Source: a virus | Lineage: Duplodnaviria > Heunggongvirae > Uroviricota > Caudoviricetes | Reading direction: 5' to 3' (one strand) | Length of the DNA stretch: 43,465 nucleotides | IMG/VR virus record: IMGVR_UViG_2563366823_000003 | Shown: positions 9,923 through 19,862 of the stretch, one piece after another | Position numbering within the stretch: position 1 is the first letter of the stretch | How the letters are laid out: every line of letters starts with the position of its first letter | Made by a program: the position numbers and the translations under genes | Notes under the pieces: generated by a model | Databases searched by the model: none | What the model saw: only the letters and a program-made list of their open reading frames with translations | What the model was told of the DNA's origin: nothing

Positions 9923-11910
9923 TAACCCACCCTCACCTGATTACTTCGCATGACCTGAGCATTTGCAGACTGTTGCCGACGTGCAACCTCATTACCGACA
10001 GCGTGCGGATCTCCGCCACCGTAAATGTGGTAGGTATTTTGCTGGTTAACCTCTGTCACTTTGCCACTAATTCCTGCCACGGCAGCCTTATTAATCAGCT
10101 CTCGGGAATAGATATTTCTTCCATTTTCATGCTGGATAATACTGCTCATCAATGCTGACATGGTTTGCGGATCGCTCATATTCAGGGCAGCCCGGGGATC
10201 CACTCCCAGTCGTTGCGATACAGCCCTGATATACGCAGTTGTGTTGTTATTATCAGACGCAGGTGCCCAGGTAGAGATAATTTTCTCCACACTGTTTATT
10301 CCCCGTCCGGCGTACAGCATTAACTGACGAGCAAGAGCCCGTAATCCATCAAAGGCAGTTTCAAATCTGGCAAATCGCCCGCCCGGGCGTTCAAGAGAAG
10401 CCCCTGCCTGACCAGCAAAATTAAGGTTTCCCGGATTGTTATTCCGTTCTCCTCGTTTCGTAGCCTGTGCATGTTGTTCCGGCTCATCATCACCAAACCA
10501 GCTGCGTACCGTCCGGCCCACGCTACGGGGCTCGAATCCCCAGTGCTCTTTAATCCAGTCGGCAGTACTGTTAGCGCTGTCTGTAACCATCGGCATCGCT
10601 GACGGATTTTCGCTGCCCTGATTAAGTATCTGTTTGCCGATGCTGACGGCATCATCCCAGCGGCCATCTTTGATAGCGTTGAGCAGGTCGGCGATCATGT
10701 TCAGCATTTTGCTGAATTCGCCCATCTGGTCGATGAAGTTGCTGAAATCCCACTTCAGGGACCATGATTTGGGGTCAATATTGAGTAGTTTCGCCAGCGC
10801 TTTCGCCAGGTCGTTAACGGTTGTTTTAAGGTCACGAACCATCTTCAACGCGGCATCGACCTCCGGTTTCCACTTGCCCCAGTCAATCAGGCTGTCGCCG
10901 CCTTCCTTCCAGGTCTGATAGTCCTCCCACAGAAGGGCAATCCCCGCCGCCAGCGCAGTAATGAGGCCAACCGGCGACATCCAGAACGTACTGTTCAGAA
11001 TGCGCAGCGCAATCGTCAGTGCGCCAAACAGCGAGATCAACTCCCGCGTTTGCTTATCCAGCGATTGCCACCAGGTGATGAGGCCTGATGTTCCTTCAAT
11101 CAGTCTGAAGAACAGCCGCCCGATAATATCCCCGAGCGCCAGAATGCCTTTTATGGCTTTCGTCAGGGTCTGCTCGATACGAGGGAAGTTGTCCAGGATA
11201 TGGCGGCGCAGGGTGTCCAGCGAACCCGCAAGCCCACCCGCAAGATTAGAGCCGATTTTGTCACGGGCCATGCCTGCCATCGCGCTAAACTCACGCAGGG
11301 AGGTCATAAATTTGTTGGAGCTTCTGGCCGCCTCGTCAGCATTGAAGCCGATAGCTTTCGCCATTGCGCTGTACTGCCCGGAGAAACCACCCACACCCCG
11401 ACGCATCGCCATAAGGGTATTTTCGTCAATGCCCAGCATCTGCGCATACTGGTTAGCCCGGTAATACGGCATACCGCTGAGCTTCTGGCCTACACCTGTA
11501 AAAATAGCGGCCATGTCACGCATGTTACCGCTGGCATCCCGTGTCTGTACCCCCAGACGATTCAGAAATCCCTCAGCCCCGGGGTTATTACGGATAAAAC
11601 GGGCAAGGCTCTCCAGTGACCCGCGCGCAGCGTCTGCACTGCCGCCAACCTGCGAAACCGCATAGCCAATAGACTGAATTCCATGGACCGTCGCGCCGGT
11701 GCGCTGTGACGCCCAGTAAAGATTATCCAGACCGGAGGCGATCTTAGCCGTGAAGGCCACCACGGACAGTGCAGTTCCTTCAACGGCCAGCCCCATTTTG
11801 ATGACATTTGCAGTTGTACCGGCGAGGACAGAACCGAACTTTTTCGCTCCTGCATCATCCACACTGAAGCCAAGCGAGACGAGGAAATCTTTAATAGTTT
11901 CAGCGTTCAT
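9922..11910 (-). CDS. tail tape measure protein
   Basis: ~663 aa, Ala/Gly-rich with predicted helical and TM-like central region, downstream of tube and chaperone genes; ATG 11910 with GGAGAGAGGA upstream. Confidence 0.8.
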   Translation of the reverse strand: MNAETIKDFLVSLGFSVDDAGAKKFGSVLAGTTANVIKMGLAVEGTALSVVAFTAKIASGLDNLYWASQRTGATVHGIQSIGYAVSQVGGSADAARGSLESLARFIRNNPGAEGFLNRLGVQTRDASGNMRDMAAIFTGVGQKLSGMPYYRANQYAQMLGIDENTLMAMRRGVGGFSGQYSAMAKAIGFNADEAARSSNKFMTSLREFSAMAGMARDKIGSNLAGGLAGSLDTLRRHILDNFPRIEQTLTKAIKGILALGDIIGRLFFRLIEGTSGLITWWQSLDKQTRELISLFGALTIALRILNSTFWMSPVGLITALAAGIALLWEDYQTWKEGGDSLIDWGKWKPEVDAALKMVRDLKTTVNDLAKALAKLLNIDPKSWSLKWDFSNFIDQMGEFSKMLNMIADLLNAIKDGRWDDAVSIGKQILNQGSENPSAMPMVTDSANSTADWIKEHWGFEPRSVGRTVRSWFGDDEPEQHAQATKRGERNNNPGNLNFAGQAGASLERPGGRFARFETAFDGLRALARQLMLYAGRGINSVEKIISTWAPASDNNNTTAYIRAVSQRLGVDPRAALNMSDPQTMSALMSSIIQHENGRNIYSRELINKAAVAGISGKVTEVNQQNTYHIYGGGDPHAVGNEVARRQQSANAQVMRSNQVRVG

Positions 11911-12142
11911 TATCCTCTCTCCATTTCTCAATGCGCCGCTGGTTATCCGCTTTTACCGCCAGATGGTCATTCAAAAGAGCAATATCGTACAAATCGACAG
12001 AGCCATCTTTAAGTGCTGTATAAGGAATTAACCCGGCGTCAACCGGATTGAGAAGGTAGGACAGCCCGTCCGGCAGGCTGTTAAACGTCAGCCCTGTTGC
12101 AGGCTCTGCGTCGTGCTGGTAAGGGGTGTAGGCAAAAAATTT
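11900..12142 (-). CDS. -1 frame extension of the tail assembly chaperone (G-T-like product)
   Basis: Heptamer A-AAT-TTT at 12136-12142 in the zero frame; the -1 frame stays open ~75 codons and stops at TGA overlapping the tape-measure start. Confidence 0.5.
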   Translation of the reverse strand, partial: KFFAYTPYQHDAEPATGLTFNSLPDGLSYLLNPVDAGLIPYTALKDGSVDLYDIALLNDHLAVKADNQRRIEKWREDNER

Positions 12143-12540
12143 CCCAGCGAATCGGCGACCACCCGCGCCACCAGATGAAGCATGACCAGCAGGTCAATAT
12201 CATCAAACATCAGTTCGCCCCGGGTAAATACCGGCACCCATCCGTCCATATGACGCCGCGACACCACCGCAAGACAGGGATGAATAATCGCATCGGTGTC
12301 ATCTTCGGTCAGGGAAGACAGTTCCTCAGCGATACGCGGGAGCATGGTTTCAAACACCGGTTTTAACTGCTCAAATTTCACGGTGTCGATTTTGCCGTCA
12401 GCAGGCAAACGGGAGCGAATGCTCCCGAAATCTGACATCATTCCCGCCAGTACCGGCAGAAGTTTGCGGGTCACTTTCAGCTGGTCAAAAACGCTGAGTT
12501 TTGCCACGCGATATTTCACGCCTTTGATTTCGAATTCCAT
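12088..12540 (-). CDS. tail assembly chaperone (lambda G-like)
   Basis: 150-aa ORF between tube and tape-measure genes with a slippery site near its 3' end. Confidence 0.6.
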   Translation of the reverse strand: MEFEIKGVKYRVAKLSVFDQLKVTRKLLPVLAGMMSDFGSIRSRLPADGKIDTVKFEQLKPVFETMLPRIAEELSSLTEDDTDAIIHPCLAVVSRRHMDGWVPVFTRGELMFDDIDLLVMLHLVARVVADSLGNFLPTPLTSTTQSLQQG

Positions 12541-12543
12541 GTA

Positions 12544-12984
12544 TTAAAACTCCCCGAGAACCTGGTCAATCTTGCCGCAGTCAAACACCCACGGCATCGT
12601 ATTACCGGTTTTAGCGTTGGCGTTATCCGGTTGTTTCTGGAACGCAACACTGCGTGCCGTGATGATGTCGCCGCTGACCTTGTTGCGGATCACGATAACG
12701 TTATTCCCCCATGTGGCAGAAGACTGGCTCTGTGCGTTATACGCCAGCGACAATTTTTTATTTGTCGGTGATGTCTTCAGAAGGTTAACGGTAATCGTCC
12801 CGCTTTTATCTGCATGGAGACTGTGCATCACTTCGCCATCAGCACCGATGGTCATGGTGTTTTTAGGACCGCCCATCGCAACCACAATCCCCTCTTCAGA
12901 ACTTGCCGAACCGTACCCGAGGTCAATCGAACCGGTCGGCCCGGTCAGCGTCGCAGTGACATCCATAAAAGAATAGGTAGACAT
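12544..12984 (-). CDS. tail tube protein
   Basis: 146-aa ORF directly downstream of the sheath gene. Confidence 0.55.
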   Translation of the reverse strand: MSTYSFMDVTATLTGPTGSIDLGYGSASSEEGIVVAMGGPKNTMTIGADGEVMHSLHADKSGTITVNLLKTSPTNKKLSLAYNAQSQSSATWGNNVIVIRNKVSGDIITARSVAFQKQPDNANAKTGNTMPWVFDCGKIDQVLGEF

Positions 12985-12994
12985 TCACTTCCCC

Positions 12995-14140
12995 TTAGCG
13001 AACAACGTTAATCAGTACGTCAGCGTAATGAACCGCGCCTGCAAGTTTTATTGCAGCCTGAATCACCGGGGCCTTACGGGCTTCACGTTCTGATTGTGCC
13101 TGTTCATCCAGCGGCTGGGCGTATACGTAATAACCTTTGGGCAGTGTGTCACCTGATGACAACTGACCAAGGTCGCCCCCGTTCCATACGCCCGGAGCAA
13201 TCAGTCCATTCTGAACGGCCTGATCCAGTGATTTTTCAACATTTGATAACAGTCGGGTAATACCGGCTTCAGTCTGGGGAACTTTCGTGGTGCTGGTATA
13301 AAGCAGGTTATAGAGGTTGGTCTGCACATAATTCTGTAACCAGTCCAGGCCGTGGCGTTCATCAAAGAAATCGCCGTTAGCCATCACTCCCTGCTGGAGG
13401 ATAGCTGTATCATTCTGGTAGTACACGAACACATTGCAGTTTTTTGCATCAAGTGCCGATGCCTGGCTGACTGTCAGTGTTTCATACCCGACACCCGGCT
13501 CCTGCTTAAACTTGAGCGTAATCGCGGTATTACTGCCATTGAAATTAACCGTGAATGCCCGGCCAAATGCAGATAACGCAGCGTATTTATTACCCGATGA
13601 ATACTGAATAAAACTGCGTGAATATCCGGCGGTTTTCAGTTTTGATGCCAAATCATCGCTGGATGCAGTCTGCAGGCATTTCTCATCGCTTGTCGTAATC
13701 GCCAGAATACGGCTTACAGAAGAGGATTCGATCGCCGCAGCCACTTTCAGCCAGTCTGCATCCGGAATATCTTCATCGTCTGCAATCCCCAGCCCATACC
13801 ATGAAGTATAATCGAGCATGGCATTCACAGCCTGCTCCAGCGTCTCAGGCGTGGCCTGTTCGCTGTCTCCCTTCGTTTTCACCCAACGACCAACAAAAAC
13901 CTCCTGAGGTTTCGGTGATTGTGAGAAAAACACCTGCGCAGCCTTATATTCTGGTGATTCCACGCCAAAATCTTTTCCAATATCTTCCGCGGCAGAATAA
14001 CGACGAATGCGCTCACTTACCGGAATGATTGTGGACGGGCCGAGAATGAGTAATGCACCAAAATTTCGCCCTGATGCTGCACGCGGCGACATGATCACAT
14101 CAACATTAACAACGTTTGATACAGGCAAGCCCTGTGCCAT
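12995..14140 (-). CDS. tail sheath protein
   Basis: 381-aa ORF upstream of the tube gene in a contractile-tail cluster. Confidence 0.6.
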   Translation of the reverse strand: MAQGLPVSNVVNVDVIMSPRAASGRNFGALLILGPSTIIPVSERIRRYSAAEDIGKDFGVESPEYKAAQVFFSQSPKPQEVFVGRWVKTKGDSEQATPETLEQAVNAMLDYTSWYGLGIADDEDIPDADWLKVAAAIESSSVSRILAITTSDEKCLQTASSDDLASKLKTAGYSRSFIQYSSGNKYAALSAFGRAFTVNFNGSNTAITLKFKQEPGVGYETLTVSQASALDAKNCNVFVYYQNDTAILQQGVMANGDFFDERHGLDWLQNYVQTNLYNLLYTSTTKVPQTEAGITRLLSNVEKSLDQAVQNGLIAPGVWNGGDLGQLSSGDTLPKGYYVYAQPLDEQAQSEREARKAPVIQAAIKLAGAVHYADVLINVVR

Positions 14141-14143
14141 AGC

Positions 14144-14752
14144 TTAATCTCCGAAAAAGATGACTGGTGCTTCCACCAGCGATTTAATACCGTACTCGCG
14201 CACAACCTTTCGGCGCAGACGCACCGTCATATCGTAGCGGCGGACCCATTGCTGATTAATAAGTTCAGGGAAGGGAGTCAGACCTGTGTAATCGCCAAGA
14301 GACAGCCCCAGCGCATTCAGTGCTGCGTTGTTCTGCGGTACAGATATACCGTCACGAAACCGGGACGCATACACCATCCCCGCCGGACCATAAAACGAAG
14401 CCATACACTCAATCGTTTCATGCCGCCAGAGCTGAGAGCCATCATCGGTCTGTCTGGTGAATGCCGGACTGTCATCACCTGACCATCCGATAACCCCAAA
14501 CGCACACCAGTTCGTTTCAGCCGGTAGCAGTGGCGGCTGCTCTTTCTGCCAGCGCGGGCGAACCATCCCGGCAGACAGACCGGAAACGTTACGCATCCAC
14601 TGGCTTAACAGCCTGTCGAGCGCTTCGTCATAATCCGGATCGCCACTGGTTGGTATCAGCCATCCGCGCTCTGTGCTGGTGTTATTGCTCAACCGGAATT
14701 CCCCCATCAAACGGCAGCAACTCACAATGCGCCTGAACGAATCCGGCACCAT
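14144..14752 (-). CDS. hypothetical virion protein (tail completion/neck?)
   Basis: ORF between head-tail joining genes and sheath; start uncertain (ATG at 14752 or 14707, neither with a clear SD). Confidence 0.4.
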   Translation of the reverse strand: MVPDSFRRIVSCCRLMGEFRLSNNTSTERGWLIPTSGDPDYDEALDRLLSQWMRNVSGLSAGMVRPRWQKEQPPLLPAETNWCAFGVIGWSGDDSPAFTRQTDDGSQLWRHETIECMASFYGPAGMVYASRFRDGISVPQNNAALNALGLSLGDYTGLTPFPELINQQWVRRYDMTVRLRRKVVREYGIKSLVEAPVIFFGD

Positions 14753-15071
14753 ACGCTGTATACGGGTCGACGAAAGTCACACGATAATCACGGCCCTGAT
14801 ACGTCACGATATCGGCATCACGGCCAGTCTGTCCCTGCGTCAGTCGCTCAGTCGTCACAATCAGAATTGCACCACTGATTACCTGCCCGGCCTGCATACG
14901 ACGGTTTTCCAGAGAGCGATCAACAGTTACGACTCCGGCAAACTGCTTTTTAACTTCGCTGTCGCTGCCGATCCCGTCCTCATCCACCGTTTGCACACGG
15001 CGTGTTACCCACAAATTGAAGTCGCAAAAATCGGGGTCAAAAAGCACATCTGTTACATCAAGAGTCGGCAT
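14682..15071 (-). CDS. hypothetical head-tail joining protein
   Basis: 129-aa ORF in the connector region, overlapping its neighbours. Confidence 0.4.
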   Translation of the reverse strand: MPTLDVTDVLFDPDFCDFNLWVTRRVQTVDEDGIGSDSEVKKQFAGVVTVDRSLENRRMQAGQVISGAILIVTTERLTQGQTGRDADIVTYQGRDYRVTFVDPYTAYGAGFVQAHCELLPFDGGIPVEQ

Positions 15072-15612
15072 TTTTATCCCTCACAACATGGGTAATCGCT
15101 CTGCGATATTGCCCGGTGTCAATTAATGGTTTCGCCAGTTCGGTTCCCGGGGATTCGCCAGCAGCACGCCGGGCAAGTTCCAGTGTTGCCCCCTTGCGCC
15201 CCCGACGAGCCCGGGCTTCAACAGTACTGTCAGCAAGCGGCGTAAAGCCGGTAATGGTCATGTAACGCCTGACGCCATTAGCGGCCAGTGTTCCGGCACG
15301 GTTGAGTGCGCTTTCTGCTCCCGCAGCATTACCATCAAGAGCAGCCTGCGCCGCGGCTTTGAGCTGCGGCACCGTCTGCTCTTCTGCCGATTTAACGCCG
15401 GGGACCAGGTGAGGTCGTGGCGGGATGTTCTGCTCTGGTGAGCCGTATTCGTTGAGGTAACCGATGCCCGCATTACCAAACGGAACATCATCCCGCCCGC
15501 TGTCTTCCGAAGGGATGCCGACCAGCACATCTTTTTTGGTTAACGACCTGAGCGCATCCAGAATGGCCTTAGCGTTATCCACCCTCGTTGTTACACCGCT
15601 TTTGAAACTCAT
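15058..15612 (-). CDS. hypothetical head-tail joining protein
   Basis: 184-aa ORF in the connector region. Confidence 0.4.
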   Translation of the reverse strand: MSFKSGVTTRVDNAKAILDALRSLTKKDVLVGIPSEDSGRDDVPFGNAGIGYLNEYGSPEQNIPPRPHLVPGVKSAEEQTVPQLKAAAQAALDGNAAGAESALNRAGTLAANGVRRYMTITGFTPLADSTVEARARRGRKGATLELARRAAGESPGTELAKPLIDTGQYRRAITHVVRDKNADS

Positions 15613-16016
15613 AGCTGGCGACCACCTGCACCGAACATCGTGATCAACTGATAAAATTCAGCGCCATATCGGGTGTTATTCCAGAAACCTGCATCAGGAT
15701 TCAGCGTCGCGCTGGTGTCATAGCTGACGCTTACCTTATCAACGGACTTTGAGGACTGAACACCATTGGTTGAACCGCCCGGACCACCAGCCAGAATAGC
15801 CCGGCTGTCTGCCGCCCAGAGCGTCATGTAATGCGCAACGAACAACCCGGCAAAGTACGGAAACAACTTTTTGCCGGTGACATTTTCGCTCAGCAGTTCA
15901 TCGGCCAGATTCAGACGGAACCCGATTTGGGCGTCGGGATATTTTGCCGGGTCAGCAAACTGCGGGAAGTCGCGGCGAAAATCACTTACCGCTGGCAGAC
16001 TTTGATTCTTTGGCAT
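15609..16016 (-). CDS. hypothetical head completion protein
   Basis: Start re-placed at ATG 16016 (MPKNQSLP...); the track N-terminus looks non-coding. Confidence 0.4.
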   Translation of the reverse strand: MPKNQSLPAVSDFRRDFPQFADPAKYPDAQIGFRLNLADELLSENVTGKKLFPYFAGLFVAHYMTLWAADSRAILAGGPGGSTNGVQSSKSVDKVSVSYDTSATLNPDAGFWNNTRYGAEFYQLITMFGAGGRQL

Positions 16017-16350
16017 CTTTAGCCCCATTACCGCCAGTCCGGGCGGCAGTAATCTGCGCCTGCAGGCTATCGTTCTGCTCCTGCAGTTTGAGCAATGCAT
16101 CTTTCAAATCGGCAATCAGCTTATCTTTGTCGGCAATCTGCGCTTGCAGGCCGTCGATAATGGGTTGCAGATCATCGGTGTCGCTAATCACGCTTTCGGA
16201 AATTTCAGAGTGCGCCTGGGTGAACCAGTGCGACGCGACCTCTTCCGGTACGTTATGTCGTCCCCGGCCAAACTCCTGTTTTGACTGATCGCCGAGCGTC
16301 AGCGTAAACGGGGTGTGAACATGGATGGTAACCAGTTTTTCTTTCGCCAT
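15982..16350 (-). CDS. hypothetical head protein with C-terminal coiled coil
   Basis: Start re-placed at ATG 16350 ([10 protein letters not shown]...) with AGGAAA upstream; the track N-terminus is Cys/Arg-rich and unlikely coding. Confidence 0.45.
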   Translation of the reverse strand: MAKEKLVTIHVHTPFTLTLGDQSKQEFGRGRHNVPEEVASHWFTQAHSEISESVISDTDDLQPIIDGLQAQIADKDKLIADLKDALLKLQEQNDSLQAQITAARTGGNGAKDAKESKSASGK

Positions 16351-16390
16351 TTCAGTTTCCTTCAGGCCCCTTTCGGGGCCATTCTGGTTA

Positions 16391-17332
16391 TCAGATACCG
16401 TCCACATAGGACAGAGTTTCTTTATACACTGGCTCGACTGCACCCAGCTTGCCGTAGTAAGTGACGATCTGATACAGACCGCGATACTGCACCGGCACGC
16501 TCTGAAGCGGAACCAGCGGGTAACGGACGTATTTTTTATCGTTGGTGTACGCAATCATGCGATCCTTATTCCCCACACCACGGCCTTTCAGCCATTTAAC
16601 CGCGCGGATATTCAGCGGAACACCGTTCTGGTGATAGCTGATGGTGTTGGTCTGAAGGTACGTCAACAGGGACTGGTTACCCGCAGATGAAACGATGATG
16701 CTGGACAACAGAGCAAACTGCTCAGGCGGGATCAGCAAATCACGCGGAACCACAGAGTAACCAGAAGCGGCCCACGCATCAGACAGCACCTGGTTAATAC
16801 TTGCGCGGATTTCGTCCGGTGTTGAGGTTGCCCACGTTTTGGCAGCGTTGTTGACAGGCACGCCGTCCAGGGTAACAAGGCCTTTCAGGTTTAATGCGGA
16901 ATCGCCAACATATACCTGTTCATCGTTATCCATCTGCCATTTCAGTTGCATACCGTCATACTTCTGCGTATCAATCGGGCGGCCGACCTGCTGAGCAGCC
17001 TGCAATTCTATGACCGTCCAGCCAAGTTCCATCCCCCACAGGTTCAGCGGGTTACCAGATTTGCCGATATCCACGTTCACGCCAGCAATAGCGGTTGAGT
17101 CTTTGCCTACCCAGTTTTTGCCATTCGGATTTGCACCAGTACCCGCAGCGGCGAAGCTGGTATTCGTCCAGCTGGAAATGTCATCTGCGATGGAGACATC
17201 TTCACGCAGTTGGATATCGCGGGTCCAGGTGTACCCCACCAGTGGCAGGTTCAGCGTCTGGTCGAGTCGCTCCAGCTCCCCGATGAGAAAGGCACCAGAG
17301 CTGTCAACGGTTGCCTGATCAAAAGTAATCAT
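16391..17332 (-). CDS. major capsid protein
   Basis: 313-aa ORF downstream of the protease/scaffold gene, at the major-head position. Confidence 0.6.
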   Translation of the reverse strand: MITFDQATVDSSGAFLIGELERLDQTLNLPLVGYTWTRDIQLREDVSIADDISSWTNTSFAAAGTGANPNGKNWVGKDSTAIAGVNVDIGKSGNPLNLWGMELGWTVIELQAAQQVGRPIDTQKYDGMQLKWQMDNDEQVYVGDSALNLKGLVTLDGVPVNNAAKTWATSTPDEIRASINQVLSDAWAASGYSVVPRDLLIPPEQFALLSSIIVSSAGNQSLLTYLQTNTISYHQNGVPLNIRAVKWLKGRGVGNKDRMIAYTNDKKYVRYPLVPLQSVPVQYRGLYQIVTYYGKLGAVEPVYKETLSYVDGI

Positions 17333-17343
17333 TCGTCTGTTCC

Positions 17344-17850
17344 TTAAATCTTCCAGGAAATTTCTGCATTGCCGTCAGCATCACCGGCACCTGTGAATTC
17401 AGCGTTGGTCAGCACCACGTTTTTGCCACTGACTGACGTGGCCATGAATCCACCCAGCGGCACTTTGATGGATTCATCAGTGGAGACGACAACGTATACC
17501 GGGTCGCCTTTTTTGATGGTGCTGGCATCAAAATCAGAACCGAGGTTAACGGTCACGTAGCCACGCTTCATGGCGTCGCCCGGGAAGTTCTTGCCACTCC
17601 CCACCTGGCGAACCATGTCCGGCTGCGACGTGGTAGGATAAGGGCGCACGTAGATCCCCTTCACCTTGTCTGCGGTATCACCATCTGCCAGCGGCACGAA
17701 AAAACCGTCATCATCGTATTTACCAGCCAGCCCATAGGCAGCGAAGGCGTTATCGGATTTAAGGACCACCGGTTCGACGGTTAAGTCCTGCGGGCGAGAG
17801 ACAGCCCCGGCAATGCCAACAGGCATCCGGTACAGAAATACATTATTCAT
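17344..17850 (-). CDS. hypothetical head protein (decoration/accessory?)
   Basis: 168-aa ORF between the scaffold and capsid genes. Confidence 0.4.
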   Translation of the reverse strand: MNNVFLYRMPVGIAGAVSRPQDLTVEPVVLKSDNAFAAYGLAGKYDDDGFFVPLADGDTADKVKGIYVRPYPTTSQPDMVRQVGSGKNFPGDAMKRGYVTVNLGSDFDASTIKKGDPVYVVVSTDESIKVPLGGFMATSVSGKNVVLTNAEFTGAGDADGNAEISWKI

Positions 17851-17853
17851 TTT

Positions 17854-19074
17854 TTACCCTTTACGGTTTGCCCAGAATTCAGCGTTTTGTTTGTTCAGGG
17901 AAGCGATACTGGTCATGCCCATGTTTAGGCGCTGTGCATCGCCGGTGGTGGCGCGGGTGTTTCGCCCTTTGGCAATCTCAGACACGGCATTAAACGCCAT
18001 GTCGACCGATTGTTTCGGCAATTTGCGGATATCCGCATCACCGACTATCTGGCGAACCAGCGTTTTGTCAGCAGAAGCCAGAACCTCGCGTTTGAACGCG
18101 GTCGGTTTCATCTTACGGCTCAGATCGATACCCGGAACGATAACTTCGGCACGCCAGGCTGAGTCACCAGTAATCGTGGTTTCCTCTTCATCGTCCTCGC
18201 CGTCACCGGCCGGATTATCGTCAGGCTTATTGCCGTTATCGCCCGTCACATTTCCTTCCAGCTTAGCCAGCAGGGCTTTCAGTAATGTTTTGAGGTCATC
18301 ATCACTGTCACCGGTTGGACCTCCGCCCATCTCTGGTGCTTTGTCCGGTAGCGGTTGCTGCGGGGACAGGTTGATGTTGAGATTAACGCCCTGCGGCAAA
18401 TCCCCCTCATCTCCTGTAACCGATGCGGGAGCCGATTCCACCAGTTCGTTCATGGTGTCAGCGTCACCCGTTTTGATGGCCGTGCGCATGCGGGTCCACC
18501 AGCTTTTCTTTTGATTTGCCATTGTGTCTCTGTCTCCAATTGCACAACGATTTCCGGCTCTGCCTTTAGGGACAAGAGCCACATGGTTTCCGGTAATATC
18601 GACCTGCTGAGCCTTACCCGGCTCAGCCTGTTTATATTCCGCGTCATAGCCACACGACACTTCGCGCAGGCCATCTTCGATCAGCTGAATGGCGTTTTCG
18701 TCTTTGACGATAAGGTCAGCCAGCATCAAATCAGACTGCACACCCGTCCCGCGCCGGACATTCTGAAGATGCCCGACCGCGAGCTCTTTCCAGTTCTCTG
18801 GATTCACCAGCCGTACATCCCCGTTTTCATCCTCGGGATGCAACACCGTGATACTCATTCCTTCGAATGAGGCAAGCGTGGCGGGATGGAATACCTGCTC
18901 AGGAGAACGCGTGACGACTATTTCACCGAACTTATCGGGTTTCAGTTTTGGCAGGTCATCAGCACCATAGAGCTGCTTACCTGTTCGTCCTATCGGCACG
19001 TCTTTGCACAGCAACGAGCCGTCAGCCAGCTGATAGCGGGTTTCCCCCAGCCGGGTATTGAAAAAATAATTCAT
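17854..19074 (-). CDS. head maturation protease with probable nested scaffold (Mu gpI/gpZ-like)
   Basis: 406-aa ORF; in-frame internal Met (MANQKKSWW...) followed by an acidic/helical C-terminal half suggests a nested scaffold. Confidence 0.55.
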   Translation of the reverse strand: MNYFFNTRLGETRYQLADGSLLCKDVPIGRTGKQLYGADDLPKLKPDKFGEIVVTRSPEQVFHPATLASFEGMSITVLHPEDENGDVRLVNPENWKELAVGHLQNVRRGTGVQSDLMLADLIVKDENAIQLIEDGLREVSCGYDAEYKQAEPGKAQQVDITGNHVALVPKGRAGNRCAIGDRDTMANQKKSWWTRMRTAIKTGDADTMNELVESAPASVTGDEGDLPQGVNLNINLSPQQPLPDKAPEMGGGPTGDSDDDLKTLLKALLAKLEGNVTGDNGNKPDDNPAGDGEDDEEETTITGDSAWRAEVIVPGIDLSRKMKPTAFKREVLASADKTLVRQIVGDADIRKLPKQSVDMAFNAVSEIAKGRNTRATTGDAQRLNMGMTSIASLNKQNAEFWANRKG

Positions 19075-19088
19075 GTGTTACCTGCGAT

Positions 19089-19862
19089 TCAGGCGGGATA
19101 AGAATGGAAGGTGGGAAAAACGATTTCTTTATAACAACGACAATTCGGGAGCTCGCCAGCATGACCGGTCATGCCGTCAAGCGTTGGAGGTTTGCCCCAT
19201 TCGACAAATTTACCTTCCATTTCCTGATGAGAATGCCTGACATCACCATCTTCGGCTGTACGCCAGATATAACCATTCGAACCAATTGACAGCGCACGCG
19301 CCTGATCCAGCGCGCCGGTTGCACGTCCAAGTTCAGTACGGGCAATCAGGTCAGCTCTGGACTTTGCTATATCACCCGATGCGGCTATTTCTTTAGCAAA
19401 ATGTTCCGCTCTCCCACCAGTAACAACAGCTTCTGTCGCCCGATTCTGGATGTCGTACACCCTGTCAGCCGCCTCGAGGGGGAGCGATTTGATGTACTTA
19501 ACCTGTTCAGCAACGATGGATTTCATCACCTGCCCTGGAGGGGCACTGTTTACCAGATTGCGTAGCTCACGGCTGATGGTTTTGCTGTGTTTACGCCACT
19601 GATCATCATTCTTGCGCACAATGTCGGCGGTAAAGTTTTCCGCGACCTTTGTCGCCCAGGGGGTGATTATTTCACTGTAGCGTTCCAGCGCCTCAATAAT
19701 TTCCGTGATACTGTCATTTGAACCATCGTAGTGACCATTTACGATGTCCCCGACCGCCCGCGCTATCCTGCGTAGGCTGGTTCGATACCGGATTTCCGCC
19801 TGACGGTTCCTGCGGTTCGTCATCAGGTTCGCCGATGCCGGGCGGCGCTTCGTCTTCGGCAT
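19089..19862 (-). CDS. head morphogenesis protein (Mu gpF / SPP1 gp7 family)
   Basis: 257 aa, downstream of portal; overlaps the portal 3' end by ~150 nt so the true start may be an internal Met. Confidence 0.6.
   Translation of the reverse strand: MPKTKRRPASANLMTNRRNRQAEIRYRTSLRRIARAVGDIVNGHYDGSNDSITEIIEALERYSEIITPWATKVAENFTADIVRKNDDQWRKHSKTISRELRNLVNSAPPGQVMKSIVAEQVKYIKSLPLEAADRVYDIQNRATEAVVTGGRAEHFAKEIAASGDIAKSRADLIARTELGRATGALDQARALSIGSNGYIWRTAEDGDVRHSHQEMEGKFVEWGKPPTLDGMTGHAGELPNCRCYKEIVFPTFHSYPA

Noticed and set aside
9973-11873. Multiple ORFs in both orientations within the tape-measure gene
   Set aside because: Nested within or antisense to the 663-aa tape-measure ORF; low-complexity products
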